NCBI GenBank assembly: GCA_965112155.1
Contig: OZ218103.1
Origin: Podarcis liolepis
Taxonomy: Eukaryota
Strand: one strand, 5' to 3'
Length of the DNA stretch: 64,000 nt
The notes under the pieces are model-generated. The model searched no databases and was not told the origin of the DNA. It saw only the letters and a program-made list of their open reading frames with translations. The stretch's first letter is position 1; the number at the start of each line of letters is the position of its first letter. The position numbers were made by a program, and so were the translations under genes. Below, piece after piece: positions 23,950 to 37,149 of this stretch.

Positions 23950-24160
23950 CATTTACCTAACGCTAATGAGATGTATTGATTGGAATGATGGGATTTGTAA
24001 AGGTCGTGGGGTGACAGTCCATAAAACCAGCTGTGCCGGATCTGCAGCATCAGGGCCGATGGGTCTGGGGGGACAGATTAAGCCTTTGCACTGCAAGAGC
24101 TGACATCAATTACCTTGCAGATGTGTGAGCAGTTATAATGTATCTTCCCATGAGGCAGTT
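23950..24160. promoter_or_regulatory. Candidate enhancer/CNE
   Basis: TGACAG (24012-24017) directly followed by CCATAAAA (24019-24026); also TGACATCAAT, AGATTA and retained CpGs. Confidence 0.35.
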
Positions 24161-26442
24161 AACTCCACAGAGGTTCCTTTCCCCTACTCAGTTCTCCAAA
24201 GCCTGTTGAGTTATCTGGTTTAATCTTAGTAAATCAGAAAGGGAGAGGGACGCAGAACTGCTTGTGCCGTACCCTCTTGGGAAGTGCTGGCCCACTTCCA
24301 ATGCCTTTGTCATGTGCTGTGAATTCTGACTGAGTGATCAGCATAGATATGGTCCCGGAATCTAGGCTGCCAGTTACCGTTTTGCATGATAGACACATGG
24401 TGTTTCTTTAAGGTCCTGGCAAGAATGCAGAGTGAACTTCAACACACACATACACATTTCACACCTGTAACAATAGATGACTTCTCCTTACCATGTGGCA
24501 GGAGATGCTTTCCCCTTAATGTTTCACTCCAGAACATGTGGAATGGTAAAAACAGTGGGCTGTGAGAAACTCTGGAACACAGTAAGGGATTGGCTTGAAG
24601 ATATTTTTGAAGACGGAACTTAAGGTAACTTAAATAACTGTCAATGCTTATCACTGCATTTGTTGTAAAACTGCCACTACCCATAAGCTCAGTTTGCATT
24701 AATCAGCACACTTTAGCCTGCATACCCTTAAGGAGGTGTTCCAAAATAAGGTATTTAAAATGCAGTTATCTCTTTTTACTAGTCCTTAAGATATTCATGC
24801 CCTATGAAATTTCAGTCATTTGTGGTCAGCTTCTAATTTTCGCTTGTTTTTATTTTTGAAATGAAGAAATTGCTGATTAGAGTCATGACATCTTCTCTCT
24901 AAGGGCATGTCTTTGCAGATCCCATTTTTAGATCTAGTACTCAGTCATCATCTAGGGAAAGATATCTCGTTTGAATTTGCTGTCTACTACTAATAAATAT
25001 TTTTTCAAGGCCTATGAATGGGTCTTACTTCCAACCCAGCCAAGTTATACTACATGTTGAAAGTAGAGCAAGTATCAACAATATCTGGCCTGCCAGTCAA
25101 CATAAGCCTTATACTTTCCTTCTTTTGGCCCACTAATTCCTGGTCTGGATTATTAGTTGTTCTTTTGATGCTATCATTCCAGACCTAGTTCAGGATTTGG
25201 TGGAAAGCCACATTCCTATTTATGTTGATTTGAATTTGGTGCATGAAGGCAGTGTGACCTAATCCTAGTTATTTCATTATTTAGCCCTTTGTTGACTTCC
25301 ATCCAAGTACTAAAATCCAAGCACTTCATCTCTACAGGTACATAGACCAGCGTGTGCATCTATTCTAGTAATCACTCTGTTGGTGGGTAGAGATTGATAC
25401 TTAGGAGGATTTCAGATCCTTACTGTTAGCAGCAGGTTTCTTATGCTGAAATGATGTGTGGTATGCACATGGTCCACAATGTACCACGATGGCAGGTCTG
25501 AGGCAGAGAGAGTTATTAGCCTGATCCTTGTTGTGCTCCAATGCCATAGATGGTACTACTGCTCTCTAGTCCAGGAGGATCTTTGGTACAGTATAATTTT
25601 TTCTCTCAGTACAAGCACCTTGTTACTCAAGTTGCATTATGTAGTCTTATCTAATTCTCTTACTCAAATGAGCTAGTGGTAGGTAATGTAGTTCAAGCTA
25701 CGTCACCTACCACTAGTTCATTTGATCTTTGTTTTCCTTCCTTGGAACCTGGCCATGCACTTTTGGGGAGCAAAGCTGCTTGCCTCTGGCTCTTAGGGCA
25801 CTTTGTTGTTGGTTTTGAACTGAACATACAATAATCAAAAATAATAAAAACTGAAAAGTGTATTTTATCTTAATGTGCACATTTCTGAATGTATTTTATC
25901 TTAAAATATATACATTTTACAGTATTGCAAAATTTGGAGAAGTATGAAATCTGAAATATAGTTACATTCATCCTTAGTCAAAGAGGTGTAGACTGCAGAG
26001 GAATTCATAGAAATCAAATTCTTCATCCATCACTACTTTGCCTCTGAACATCAACAGACCTTCATACTGACATATTTTCCCCAGAGGGAGAAGCGTATGG
26101 TCCTCTGTTCAAGGTGCAGTCAAAAGATACAGGCTACTGCATCTCACATTTAGTTTCAGCCTTGGATTGCCCTGCCTAGACAATCCAAGGCTTGCCACAT
26201 GATGCCACATGATGGGGTGGAGCTGCTTCCTGTGGCTACTGTAGTCCTACTAAAATCCTCTAACCACAATAAACCAATGAAAATACATTTGTGGGCACCA
26301 GAAGACTCCACCTGATTTTGAAATTTTCCCCAGAGTATGTTGCCATGGGGGAATTTAATATTAAATCCCAGCAAACGCCCTCACCCTCTGTTCTTAACTC
26401 ATCCATGAATGTAGCAGCATCTGTTCCTTCTTCCACCCTGCC

Positions 26443-26443
26443 T

Positions 26444-26508
<65 letters not shown>
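26443..26508. repeat. Compound microsatellite (TG)13(AG)20
   Basis: Read directly from sequence. Confidence 0.98.
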
Positions 26509-26512
<4 letters not shown>

Positions 26513-26559
26513 CTCTTGTGGGCTTGCTTGCTCTTTCTCTCTCCTGCTTTTGCTCTCTG

Positions 26560-27010
26560 CGCTGGTAATGAGTGGTTTGCAGTGGGAACTAAATGAAGTT
26601 GATTGCCCACTGGTGTCTGCCATTAGTGGTAATTAGTTAAAACATCAGAGTATAAACAGTAAATTGGATCTAATAATTAATACTAGCACTCAAGCATATG
26701 AGATAGACTGGGAGAGAAGCAGCAGCTTGTAAAATCAGTCGGGGATGTTTTAATTAAAAAAGAAAGAATGTAAGTAACACTGTATTGGAAAAAAGGACAA
26801 AAGGCATTGGGGCTGCCTGCGCTCATTAGCAGCCTAAGATTCTGTCTGCTCCAGGGCGCAGAGGAGGGACTACTAGCCCCCAGAAAACTCCAGGTGTAGA
26901 GCAAAACAGGATCTTGGGTTTTCCATTGCATGCTGAAGGAGAAGGCGGAATAATTCCTCCGGCAAGTTAATTTCTGGACCAGCGTGACATTTATTGGGGT
27001 TTCCCCCATC
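26560..27010. promoter_or_regulatory. Candidate enhancer/CNE
   Basis: Dense TAAT/ATTA cores (ccattagtggtaattagtta, taataattaat, tttaattaaa, cattagc) and CpGs with no repeat signature. Confidence 0.35.
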
Positions 27011-27689
27011 TTGGGTTAGTAGAAAGGTTTTGCAAATGTAACTTTTTTTTTTTTTTTAAGCTTGTAAAATTGCAATATTTTCGCATGCCCACCAGGGTTT
27101 CCTGTTTTCAAAATCATAAAATTCACAACAGGTCCCAAGTTTATACTTTTTTAAAAACAAAATATTTTTGATAAGGGCAAAATATTCTTCTTTATTTTGC
27201 TGAAGACCAGAAGGTCTACATATGTAAAATGAGAGATGTAAAGGAATTAAAACAAAATAAAGAAAAGCAAATTACCTAAATAGGGCTGCAGTTTTACACA
27301 CAGTTAAGCATGATGGGCAGAACAAACTGTAACAAGGCAACGTGTGACATGAAGTACCATGTTCACCAGGCCATATTTACAGCCCTACTGGCCAGGGTAG
27401 AAGATAGGGTGGGTTTTTTGTTTTGATTTTGCTGCACTATCTTCCATCTGGAACAGCAGATTGTGCACCTCTTCAGGAAACAGACTGGCCATGGATCCTG
27501 TGGATCTGTCTCTCTGAGAATTCATCCACTATCCCAGGTCCAGTGCCTTAGGCTGTCACCAGAGAGAGAGACATAATAAATAATAGTAGGAGTGAGGTGG
27601 TGCCACATTATGTCTTCATAATGTACCGAGTGTCTGTGCTAAAAGCATTAGTAAGAAGGTGAGATATCCCTCCACTGGGTAGTGAATAA

Positions 27690-27692
<3 letters not shown>

Positions 27693-27752
<60 letters not shown>
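27693..27752. repeat. Compound microsatellite (CT)22(GT)8
   Basis: Read directly from sequence. Confidence 0.98.
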
Positions 27753-28065
27753 TCATTACAGCCCTTCTCTTCCTCAAATTAGCTGGAACTGGCATATTCC
27801 TAAGAAATGGCCTTTCCCCCCTCCTGCTCAACACACAGAGGTTTTATGCATTTCCAGGAACTGTGGTACCAAACCTGAAATTGTTGTGGGGCTAGACCTG
27901 AGTTGTATTGTGCTGATTTTTTTTGGATTTTGATTTCCACACAAACGTTCCACGGTTGAGTGAGGAGGAACTAAAATGTTTATGACAAAACCTCTTCTTC
28001 CCACTTTTTAAATGTGTCTGTTCATGCCCATTCATAGATACTGCATTTTCAATCTGTTTCTGCTT

Positions 28066-28435
28066 TAAAGGTAAAGGTAAAGGACCCCTGACAGTTAAGT
28101 CCATTCGCGAACGACTCTGGGGTTGCAGTGCTCATCTCGCTTTACTGGATGAGGGAGCTGACGTTTGTCCGCAGACAGTTTTTCTGGGTCATGTGGCCAG
28201 CATGACTAAGCCGCTTCTGGCGAAACCAGAGCAGCGCACAGAAACGCCATTTACCTTCCCGCCGGAGCGGTACCTATTTATCTACTTGCACTTTGATGTG
28301 CTTTCGAACTGCTAGGTTGGCAGGAGCAGGGACCGAGCAACGGGAGCTCACCCCGTCGTGGGGATTTGAACTGCCAACCTTCTGATCGGCAAGCCCTAGG
28401 CTCAGTGGTTTAGACCATAGCGCCACCCGCATCCC
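28066..28435 (-). mobile_element. Full-length Sauria SINE (Squam1)
   Basis: (ACCTTT)n tail seen as taaaggtaaaggtaaagg, body ggtcatgtggccagcatgact and cggtacctatttatctacttgca, tRNA head gggatgcgggtggcgctatggtctaaacc; imperfect TSD tgtttctgcttta / tgttgctgcttta. Confidence 0.95.
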
Positions 28436-28905
28436 TTTGTTGCTGCTTTAGGTCAGTGCAAAAGGGGACACATCTCTGTTGTACCTGAGTTTACCATATA
28501 GTACTGAGCTGTCTTTCATTGCCTGCTAACACTGTGAAGATCCCTGGTCCAAATGTAGTTTGTATTCAGTGCCAGATCTTCAGATTTTGCCATAGAAGGC
28601 AAAAGTCTGCTCTGGCACCCACCTCTCCCTTATTGTGAACGATGGGCTGTAAACCTGCAACCCCAAATTAAACAGAGGGAGGAAGCCACAGATCCTGAAA
28701 AATTCCTACAGACAGCCTTTTACAATGTTTAATTCTTTGATGCACCTTAACGTCTTTTACAGTAATGATTTTCTCCAACCCGAAACCAAGCTAAGCAAGT
28801 TTGCACCTAATACTTAGGTGGAAGACTTCTAGGGAAGCCATACCCAAGCTTCCCTGAAGGAAGGCTGGATAAAGTTTAGCAAATAAATAATTAGTACTTT
28901 GTCAC

Positions 28906-29045
28906 TTAGCTCAGTATTGCCTGAGCAGACTGGCAGTAGATCTGCATGGTTCTCTCCCAACTCTACGTGGAGATATGGGAGACTGAACCTGGCACTGTCT
29001 ACTTGAAAAATAGATGCTCTCCCACTGAGCTATGGTCCCTTCCCC
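28906..29045 (-). mobile_element. tRNA-derived SINE (Squam3-like), degenerate
   Basis: tagctcagtattg..gactggcag and agatgctctcccactgagctatgg match the other copies. Confidence 0.7.
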
Positions 29046-29958
29046 CTTGTGAATCTTGTATTGATTTTGAGGGGAAATCCCAACAACACAGATGAAGTAT
29101 TTTACTCAGGATGGCAGCAGAGGAGGAAAGGGAAAACTTTCCCTCTCCACATTTGGATCACATTAAGAATCAGCGATTGATCAGCTAATGGGGGTGATTT
29201 TAGTAGGAAAATGGCACAGGACTACCACCCACCCAGAGCACTGTAATCCTGAACTACTCTTTCTGCTGCTGCTATCTCCCACTAGTTCCAGCTCAATGCT
29301 CATTCCTTCACTAACTTTTCCCCTCCTCACCTTCTCATGAGCGTAGAACAAACACTGCATTGTTTCAGGCAGTGGCAGGTATAAGAAAGGTAGGGGCAGG
29401 GTACTGTTTGCTGCCACCCCTAACCTGCCACCCAGGGCAGTTGCCTCCACCCCTCAATTTGTGCCTGGTTATGACTCTAGGACAGAAAGTGGGTGGGGAT
29501 GTGTCGAGTGCCAGCTCGACATCTGAAGAAATCAGTCTCACACCATGATGGGTTGAAGAAATATGGCCGCTCTGGCTCTTTGGCTCCTCTGGCCCCTTGG
29601 CTGCTCTGGCCGCCTTAGAGCTACTGCAGCACAGCCTTTATTGTGTGAAGTCAGAATGATACAAAATACAAGCAAAGCAATTTGTTCTCAGCCAGCAGAT
29701 AAGGGCCATCGCACTAGACCACGCGAGCGATCAGGCTATGCTAGTTGACCAATCATTTGGGACAGCACGAGCTATTCACGCGCTGTTCATGCTCCAAGCA
29801 ATGTCTTGTGCTGCAAAATCACTCTGCAATAATAAGAACTCTGCTCATGCTCTTATGTACAAGCAATCATTTTCCCACAGGGGTGCACATCAAATGTATA
29901 ATCCCCATCTAGTTCCTGCCCCAACTAGGGGCAGGAGTATTAGTCTGGTTATAAAATA

Positions 29959-30092
29959 ATAGAATCATAGAGCTGGAAGGGACCACAAAGGTCGTCTAGT
30001 CCCTTTAATGCAGGAATCTCTTGCCCAATGTGGGGCTCAAACCCATGACCCTGAAATTAAGAGTCTCATGCTCTACTGACTCAGCTACCCCA
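29959..30092 (-). mobile_element. tRNA-Lys-derived short SINE with CR1-type tail
   Basis: Reverse complement gtagctgagtcagtagagcatgagactcttaatttcagggtcatgggtttgagcccc (tRNA-Lys CTT-like); 3' end is the CR1-like ggtcccttccagctctatgattctat. Confidence 0.82.
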
Positions 30093-31252
30093 GATATTCT
30101 ACTTTCCCCCCTTTTCAGTAACCCTCCCACCACAAACATTTTCACACCCTTTTACAAATGGGTGGAAAGAATTGCAAAATGCATCCCTTGCTTCAGTTCA
30201 GAAGTTTCCCTAGGCAGCGGCTCTCACTTAAGTGTATGCTTTGAGGGCGCTTAATATTACACACTATGCATCCTAAAGCATTTCAAAGAGATGTCTCTGA
30301 GCCTGGAACCGTTGCCCCTGCTCTTTGAGGTTTGAGGCACTGGGAAGGGAACACACCCAAATCAGGAGGGCCAGACCAGGAGGGCTGCACATGCATGGTT
30401 GTTAATCATCTTCTGAATGCACTAACGATGCTAATGCTGTAAGTGACAGTGGCCCATCTTTAGGGCCATGATTTAGGGGCTCTGAGCGGAAGCCCAGCTC
30501 TAGGGAGTAAATGCATGAATTCTCCACTGATACTAAACCTCCTAATAAATCTTGCACACACCAAAAAGCCCTAAGCACTAAATCCCAGAATCCGGTAATT
30601 GAAACCCTCCAAGCTCATGGGGATGAAAAGGTAAATTGCCCACGTGTGTTTTTATTATAGTTTACCTGATTATCTCCCAGGGAGACAAAGGAAAGCAGGG
30701 TCTTCAAATTAACACACCACATTTCACACTGTGGAAACAGTATCTGTAACATGAGCATATGGCTGAAGGACTGAGTTCTATGCAGCAGGGCCTTGGGATA
30801 ACTGCAATTTCACCTGATAGATATCCAAACCCGATGTTACACTGTTGCCTCTGTATTGCATCTCTTTGCTGTTCTCCATTGCCCTCTGCTGCCTGCTCTG
30901 TGGGAGAGCCAGATGCATTAGGAATGGCTTATAATATTGTTCACAATTGTGGTTGTGCATTTCATTCATAGAAAGAAACAAGCAAGTGCTGTGCTACAAT
31001 GCTAACTGTCAACACAATGCTGCGGATATTAAACATTATAAAGTTCAGCTTGCTATAGAAATGGTTGAGTTTATCTTCTTAATCACAAAAAGCTAGATGT
31101 GAGATGCAACATAGTGCTATTGGGTTCTCTGTTGGCACAATGAGACTTTGCCTTCCTCTCTACCCCCTAAAGCCCCTTGACCCAGAAGGTTGGGGGGACC
31201 CTCTGGAACAATTTTTGGTGTGCCCAGGAGGCTGGATGCCAGGCTAGATCGT

Positions 31253-31350
31253 ATTATCCCACTTTATACATTGTAAACTAGGATTTAGGAGAATCACTTG
31301 TCCAGAGCCATTTAACTAAGTTTGTGTCTGAGCAGGAATTTTATTTCAGT
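31253..31350 (-). mobile_element. MIR/CORE SINE fragment
   Basis: attatcccactttatacattgtaaactagg..cacttgtcca resembles the MIR core attatccccattttacagatgaggaaactgagg..acttgccca. Confidence 0.45.
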
Positions 31351-33779
31351 TCTCGTATTTCTGTAAACCTCACTGTTGAGATGGGTTAGTAGCAAGTGAT
31401 GGTAAAATCTATTACTGTGTCTGTGTGTTTGGGATTTATTAGTGGCAGTTTCTTGAAGGATGCCCTACTTTAGATAAAGAATAAAAAAGGTACAATACCG
31501 CCCCCAATCTCCTAAGAAAGAAAAGTGTAAGCCAAGGATATATTGGTCCATTTCTTCTTACATTGGTCACCAACATAGCACTAGATCCCAAACCTACTAG
31601 GAAGTCTTCCATGAGATAACTTAGAGATGGGGCACTCAGAGTCAATGACAAGATGGGATGCTCTGCTGGGACATATTGACCAAGACATGGACAACGCCAG
31701 TGCAGTGCCTTGTTATTGTGGTGCTCTCAGGTTTTTCCTCAGGTCTTTTTAATGTTTCAAATTCTATCTATCAGAGTGCTACAGTTCAGGGTAATCCTTA
31801 TAGCTCTACACTGTTCAATGAGATCATTGTTCTTGGATATCAGTTGTCTCAGGTTCAAAATCTGTAGCATATATCTTTGTATTGGGACGTTCTGGTATCC
31901 AGAGTGAAAGGGGCATGGTCCATGAGAACGTCATCTTCACTTTCTGTAATAGACTCTGTGACCTGATTTTTTTTGGGGTGAGACAAAAAGAAAAGCTTCA
32001 TTCATTTTAAGACACTAGCAGGTAATGTCCTATGGCTAGGACACAGGGTGCTATGAAGTTGGCATTTTGTCATGAGCTCCCAGCATGCAGTCTAATGTAT
32101 TCTTCTGCCATTTAACTAACCCAGGTTCAACTTACCCAGAACTCTAATGGAAGCCAGTGTGAGGGCTCTAGCTAACAACAGTAGGGCTCCCTCCCCCTGC
32201 ACCTCCCCAAAATCTTCTCTAGAGGATCAGGAGAACCCACCCCCTGCAGAACAGCATGTGGGGAGAGAGGGGGGTCATTCCATCTGGCAAGAGGAAATGC
32301 TTGTGCTGACACAATGATCAGAAGTGTGATGTTGACTTCCTCCCACTGTGTTGAGGTGTAACCCCGGGAAGTGTCGAAACAGACTTAAATGCATCACACA
32401 ACATGTTGTGAGCTAATGGCAAAATGCTAATTTTGTAGCACTCTGTGGGGCTACAGTATCCCATTTTCTCTAGCACCCCTCTCATTGGATCTGTTGCCTC
32501 ATGTTTGTCTTCTTCAAGCCCATTAAGTTCATTTCCTTGAAGGTTCTCACCCTTCTCACATGGAAATATTCATGCATACAGCTGTACTTGCAATAGCTTC
32601 CTTCCTAGAAATACAGAGCCATGGCAGGGGGGAGTGGAGGAACTCAGTATGCATCATATAGGCGGATGGGGCTAGTTGGTGCACCATACTTGCTCACCAT
32701 GTAAGATTGAGTCAGTGTTTGCTTGCCAATTCCCTTCCCCTCCTTTTCTTCTCTTCAGTTCCATATTCTAGATTTTTGTTGGCTTCTATTTTATAAAATC
32801 AATAAGCTGTAGCTATATCTAAAACTGGAAGGCAACTTCTATATGGAAAGAGATTTCCAGGTAGGTTGACTTTACCTGCCGAGTAGTCTGCGGAGTTACT
32901 AACCATTTCCTTTCTTACTGGCTGTCCTGCCAACTGTACAGAATGAACTTTCATGGTAAGAACAAATTCCTTTGTGTTCCGCCTTTTATATTAAACCTTG
33001 TTTTTCAGGAAATCTCTGCTGTCATTACAGATCAAGCAGAATGCTCATGACTATCAGTGTTCAACCAGGTTGTGAGCTGCAGCTCAAAAGATGCAAAAAA
33101 CCCTGGGAGTGTTGGCAATGAAATGTCAAATTAAATGAACTGCTGATAAAGACAAAAATATACAAGCAAAGAAAATTTGCTTACAACGCTTTTGAATGAA
33201 CTGCTCCCTTTTTCAAAAGATCTTGAAAATTATTATGGCTAGTTACAAAGAACAAACAAAGGAAGCTTAAGAGAGAAATATTTACCCACACGCAATTGAT
33301 CTTCGAAGGGCCGTGCCACAAGTGTGGCAAATGCCAACAGCATAACTGAGTTCTAAATAAGATTGATGTAAGATGAGGATATCATTTTCTAACAATTAAG
33401 ATATCTGGGCCCTACTTCCTTTTAAAATGGGTGTCCTTAAATATTTGACTAAAAAAGACTGGAAATAATCAACCTTTATAAAATCTTTATCTAATTCCTG
33501 TCCAGAGTGGGTTACTGGAGTTGCTGTTCTTATGCAGTAAGGGTGGTTTAATCCTTGTTGGTATGTTTGCTTTGTGGATGCTTGTTTTGAAAGAGATGCT
33601 AAACATTAGAGTTCTCCACCATGCCCTCATTTTCTACTTTGGGCCCTTGAATCCCTAAGCAGCTTCATAAAACGCACTCTGAAACTTGAATAGAGCTGGG
33701 GGCACATTCCTGGAAAAGTGCTGGAATCTTGCTGAATTTGAGGGGATGTGCATATTAAAACACTCCAGCTCGAGCCTTA

Positions 33780-34360
33780 TGGAGAGGCATCCGCCCATCA
33801 TTTCTCAGGTCACCGCTTGGCTAATGGTCTATTAATTTGTTCAGTCATCCCATGTGAGTCAAACTCAATTTCTGGTCTGTGATTCTTCCCTGTCAGCAAT
33901 GTGATTGATTGGACGTATGACTGTCAGCGGCTGCTCCAAATCCAACCCCCACCCCGCATCGTCCACCACTGCTCACCAAGATGTCTTCCCACCGCTTTGG
34001 CAGGCACATAGATACACATACACCTACACACACAAATCTCTCCTAAAGAGCAGTCCGTCTACTGCTGTATACCCAAGGATTTGTCTCTAGCAATGAAAAA
34101 TGACAGAAATATTTAAGGACAAATAAGGTTTACAAACCCAATTGAAAATTATTACAGGGAGGCCCGGGCTGCAGATGGGCCCAAGCTGATGTGCAGAGGC
34201 AATCAAATCGAATTTCCTTATCGCGTTGTTATTTTAGGGCGTTATCTGGTGCCGTAATGCAGTTATAAATTCAATTTTGCTGCCGAGCATTTATTGTTTA
34301 CCATTGCCTGTTTGCTGGAAAAAATGTAAACACTTCACGGCTGTAAAATTAATTTCTGGC
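33780..34360. promoter_or_regulatory. Candidate enhancer/CNE with PBX-HOX and MEIS sites
   Basis: CTGTCA 33890-33895, TGATTGAT 33902-33909 and CTGTCA 33921-33926; second CpG-retaining AT-rich block at 34140-34360. Confidence 0.45.
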
Positions 34361-34704
34361 CTGAGAACTAAGGAAGGGGGTCGGGGATGGAAAGATGGAA
34401 AGAAAATAAGAAATCAAAACAGAATGCAAGGATAGCGCATGGGTTGTGTGCTGGCATTCCTGTATTTTTCTCCCCCCCCCCCCGCCCCCCAAACCTAAAC
34501 CTAAGTGATTTTCAGTTCCTGCCTTTTGCCTACTTGCACCTGCTTCATTTTGCAGAATGAGAAGTGAAGTTAGGAGCCAACCATTTTAATTATCAGATGT
34601 GTATATGAATGCTGTGGATATATGTGCATATTGTGTACATACTATGATTCTCATAGTCATCAAGTCTCTCCTGCAGCAAACTGGTCTAGAGCTGGGCAGG
34701 GTGG

Positions 34705-34905
34705 GCTTAAATCTGAGAGGTTTGGGTACAGAGCTGGATCTAACACTGCCATGCACTCACTGAGTGGCCTTGGTCAGTGCACTGTCTCTCCACTTCAATT
34801 TCCCATCTGTGGAATGATCTCCCAGCAAATGATCATGAGCTGGGATAGAAGATGTAACAAATCCTGTAACACACTTTGCAAACATGATATGCCATGTAAA
34901 GCAGT
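34705..34905 (+). mobile_element. MIR/CORE SINE, degenerate
   Basis: cactgagtggccttggtcag..cttcaatttcccatctgtggaatg core and a tgtaacacactttgcaaac tail. Confidence 0.6.
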
Positions 34906-37149
34906 CATAGAATGCGAGTAGACTGATTCCTCCTGGCCAGTTCTCCAGTGCCCTCTTTCAGGAGAGGCTGATACTGGAATAGCAGGGAACACCCCTTAGA
35001 ATCACCACCCATAGTCTTCTTACAGCGACCCCTGTTGGAAAATGTGGGACATGTCACATGCTTCTCCAATCCTGAATCAAGTGCACCTACTCCTTAGTAT
35101 GAAGCTGGCCCATAACCTCCTTTTCCCTTCTCAGTTCCATTGTCCCGTTCCTTCCCCTACCCCCATTCAGGCTGAGCAAAGCCAGGAAATGCAGGTTGCT
35201 GCCAAAGAAAAGTTGAAGGTCTCCCATTAATTCAAGACTAAAAATGACAAATTCATCTTCTACGACAATTAAATGAAGTCAGTAATTGATGCTAATTGAT
35301 ATTCAGCTGGGAGGGCTCTTACTGCTTCACTGCACTCTGTCGTTTCGCATGCCTGCTCCCCCTTCTCCTCCGCAGTGGCGTTCCACCACCACCCCAGGCA
35401 TCTGTGCTGCTTGCTAGGAACCCGGCCCAGTGGCTACTCTTTGCTCTTCCACATGTTCGGCATTCTCACCCAGGAAAGTCATGTAGGCTTCATAGGACTG
35501 CGGTTTCGGCTTTCTCCGTGGATACCTCCCCCCACCAAGGCAGGTAAACTCCAGGCCTAATAGAGTTGGCAACAAAGGGTTTATAGCCCACAGCTGTGTA
35601 AGTTCCCACTTAATTTTTATAAGCCCAGCATAAGAGCCAGCAGGGGGTAAAGCACACTTGGATTTTCTCTCCTTAAAATATTATGGTGTTAGCACTTTTC
35701 TGCAAGACCCGAAAGGAATGACAAAGGGGGGGGGGGGAGAGAGACCTGGATGTGTATGTGTTTGGATTTTTTTTTTTTTACGAGATTCCTTTAATCTGAA
35801 GCCAATATGTCAAAATCAAATTAAGCCTTGGAAAGGGAATGGGCTCCGTGTGCCAAGTGAGCAAGCTGGATAGTAAATGTGCAATTGTTTCTGGGACTGT
35901 TATTAAGGCGACATGACTGTTGCCCATTAAGGAAACATGACATCACTTCCTCAGGAAATAGCACAGAGTTGGAGAGAGAGGCATTCACAGCCGGTTGTGC
36001 CAATCAAGTTTGTGATGAGCAGGAAACAAAAATAAGAAAATAGGTCTCACAATAAGGGGCATGGGTCAAAAGTCAGATGGACCCTAGTGGTTCATTCAGC
36101 TTGGCTGACTTTCCTTTGCAGCCACAACAAGAAACTACATTTCAGCTTCTAAAATATGTACCCTCTTTTATCTCTCCTGATTATTGTGTAGTGGATTGGT
36201 CAACAATTTACATTATGAGATACTATAATAGGTTTGTACATTATAAAGTTATTATAGAAATCGGTAGCACTTTCCTGTGAGTTTTCAAATCATCTGTAGC
36301 ACTATCTTGCAGAAGGGTGATCTGTCCCTATCCATTTAGTTGTGGGTTAATTCAAATGCGTAGGATGGTAATTTAGAAGGCAAAAACCCACCCTGAAAGT
36401 TTCCATGAGAAGTGACTTTGTCAGTGGTCTCTTCCAAGATCTTTATTGCAAGGAAGAATTTCAAGTAGTAATGGAGCTTCAATGATGCAATTTCTGAGTC
36501 TTCTTTTAATGTCACAAATAAAAACACCACACAGCTTTCTTTTCAGGTCATTTGGGGTGTCCGCTACTTTTTGGGGGAGCCTTTGGAATATGGACAGAAA
36601 TGGCCCATGTGTTACTTGCTTGCTAGCTTGCTATGCCTTTGTGTGGCTTGGTGCAAATCAAACCCACCCCACTGCCTTTGGGATTCAAAACAGTTTGCAT
36701 GATGCCATATGCTCTTAAATTTACCATGTGGTACCACTGAGGCCTTTTAATATTTTCATTATAGACCAGGCAAGTATCTCTGGCAAATTTCACAGACCAG
36801 AAGAAATTGAGATCTGGTCCCTCTCTCCAAGAGATTCTTAGTTTGAATGTATGTTGTTTATATAACAACTACAAGAGCATGGTGCTACAGGAACTGCAAT
36901 ATCCTTTTTGCACCAGAAACCCAGGCCATTTGAACACCTTCTGTTGGCTGGCACTCCACCATGCAACGTGAACACGCAAAAGTTGCAAGAGAGCTGCATG
37001 TAAGAGAGAACATGATGGCCAAGGCAATGTGGATGAAGCAGGCAATTCCCAGACGCCCCATGCTCTCTGGTTTCCAGGAACAAAGAGGGAAATAAATAAA
37101 GTGATCCAGACAATTTTGTATTAAACATACGTGACATGAAGGCTTCTCT

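Noticed and set aside
30015-30092. tRNA-Lys-like and other tRNA-like sequences
   Set aside because: They are mutated SINE heads fused to SINE bodies or tails, not tRNA genes
32990-33075. Good splice acceptor (ccttgtttttcag) followed by a short open frame
   Set aside because: Donor is weak (gttgtg) and the peptide is unrecognisable
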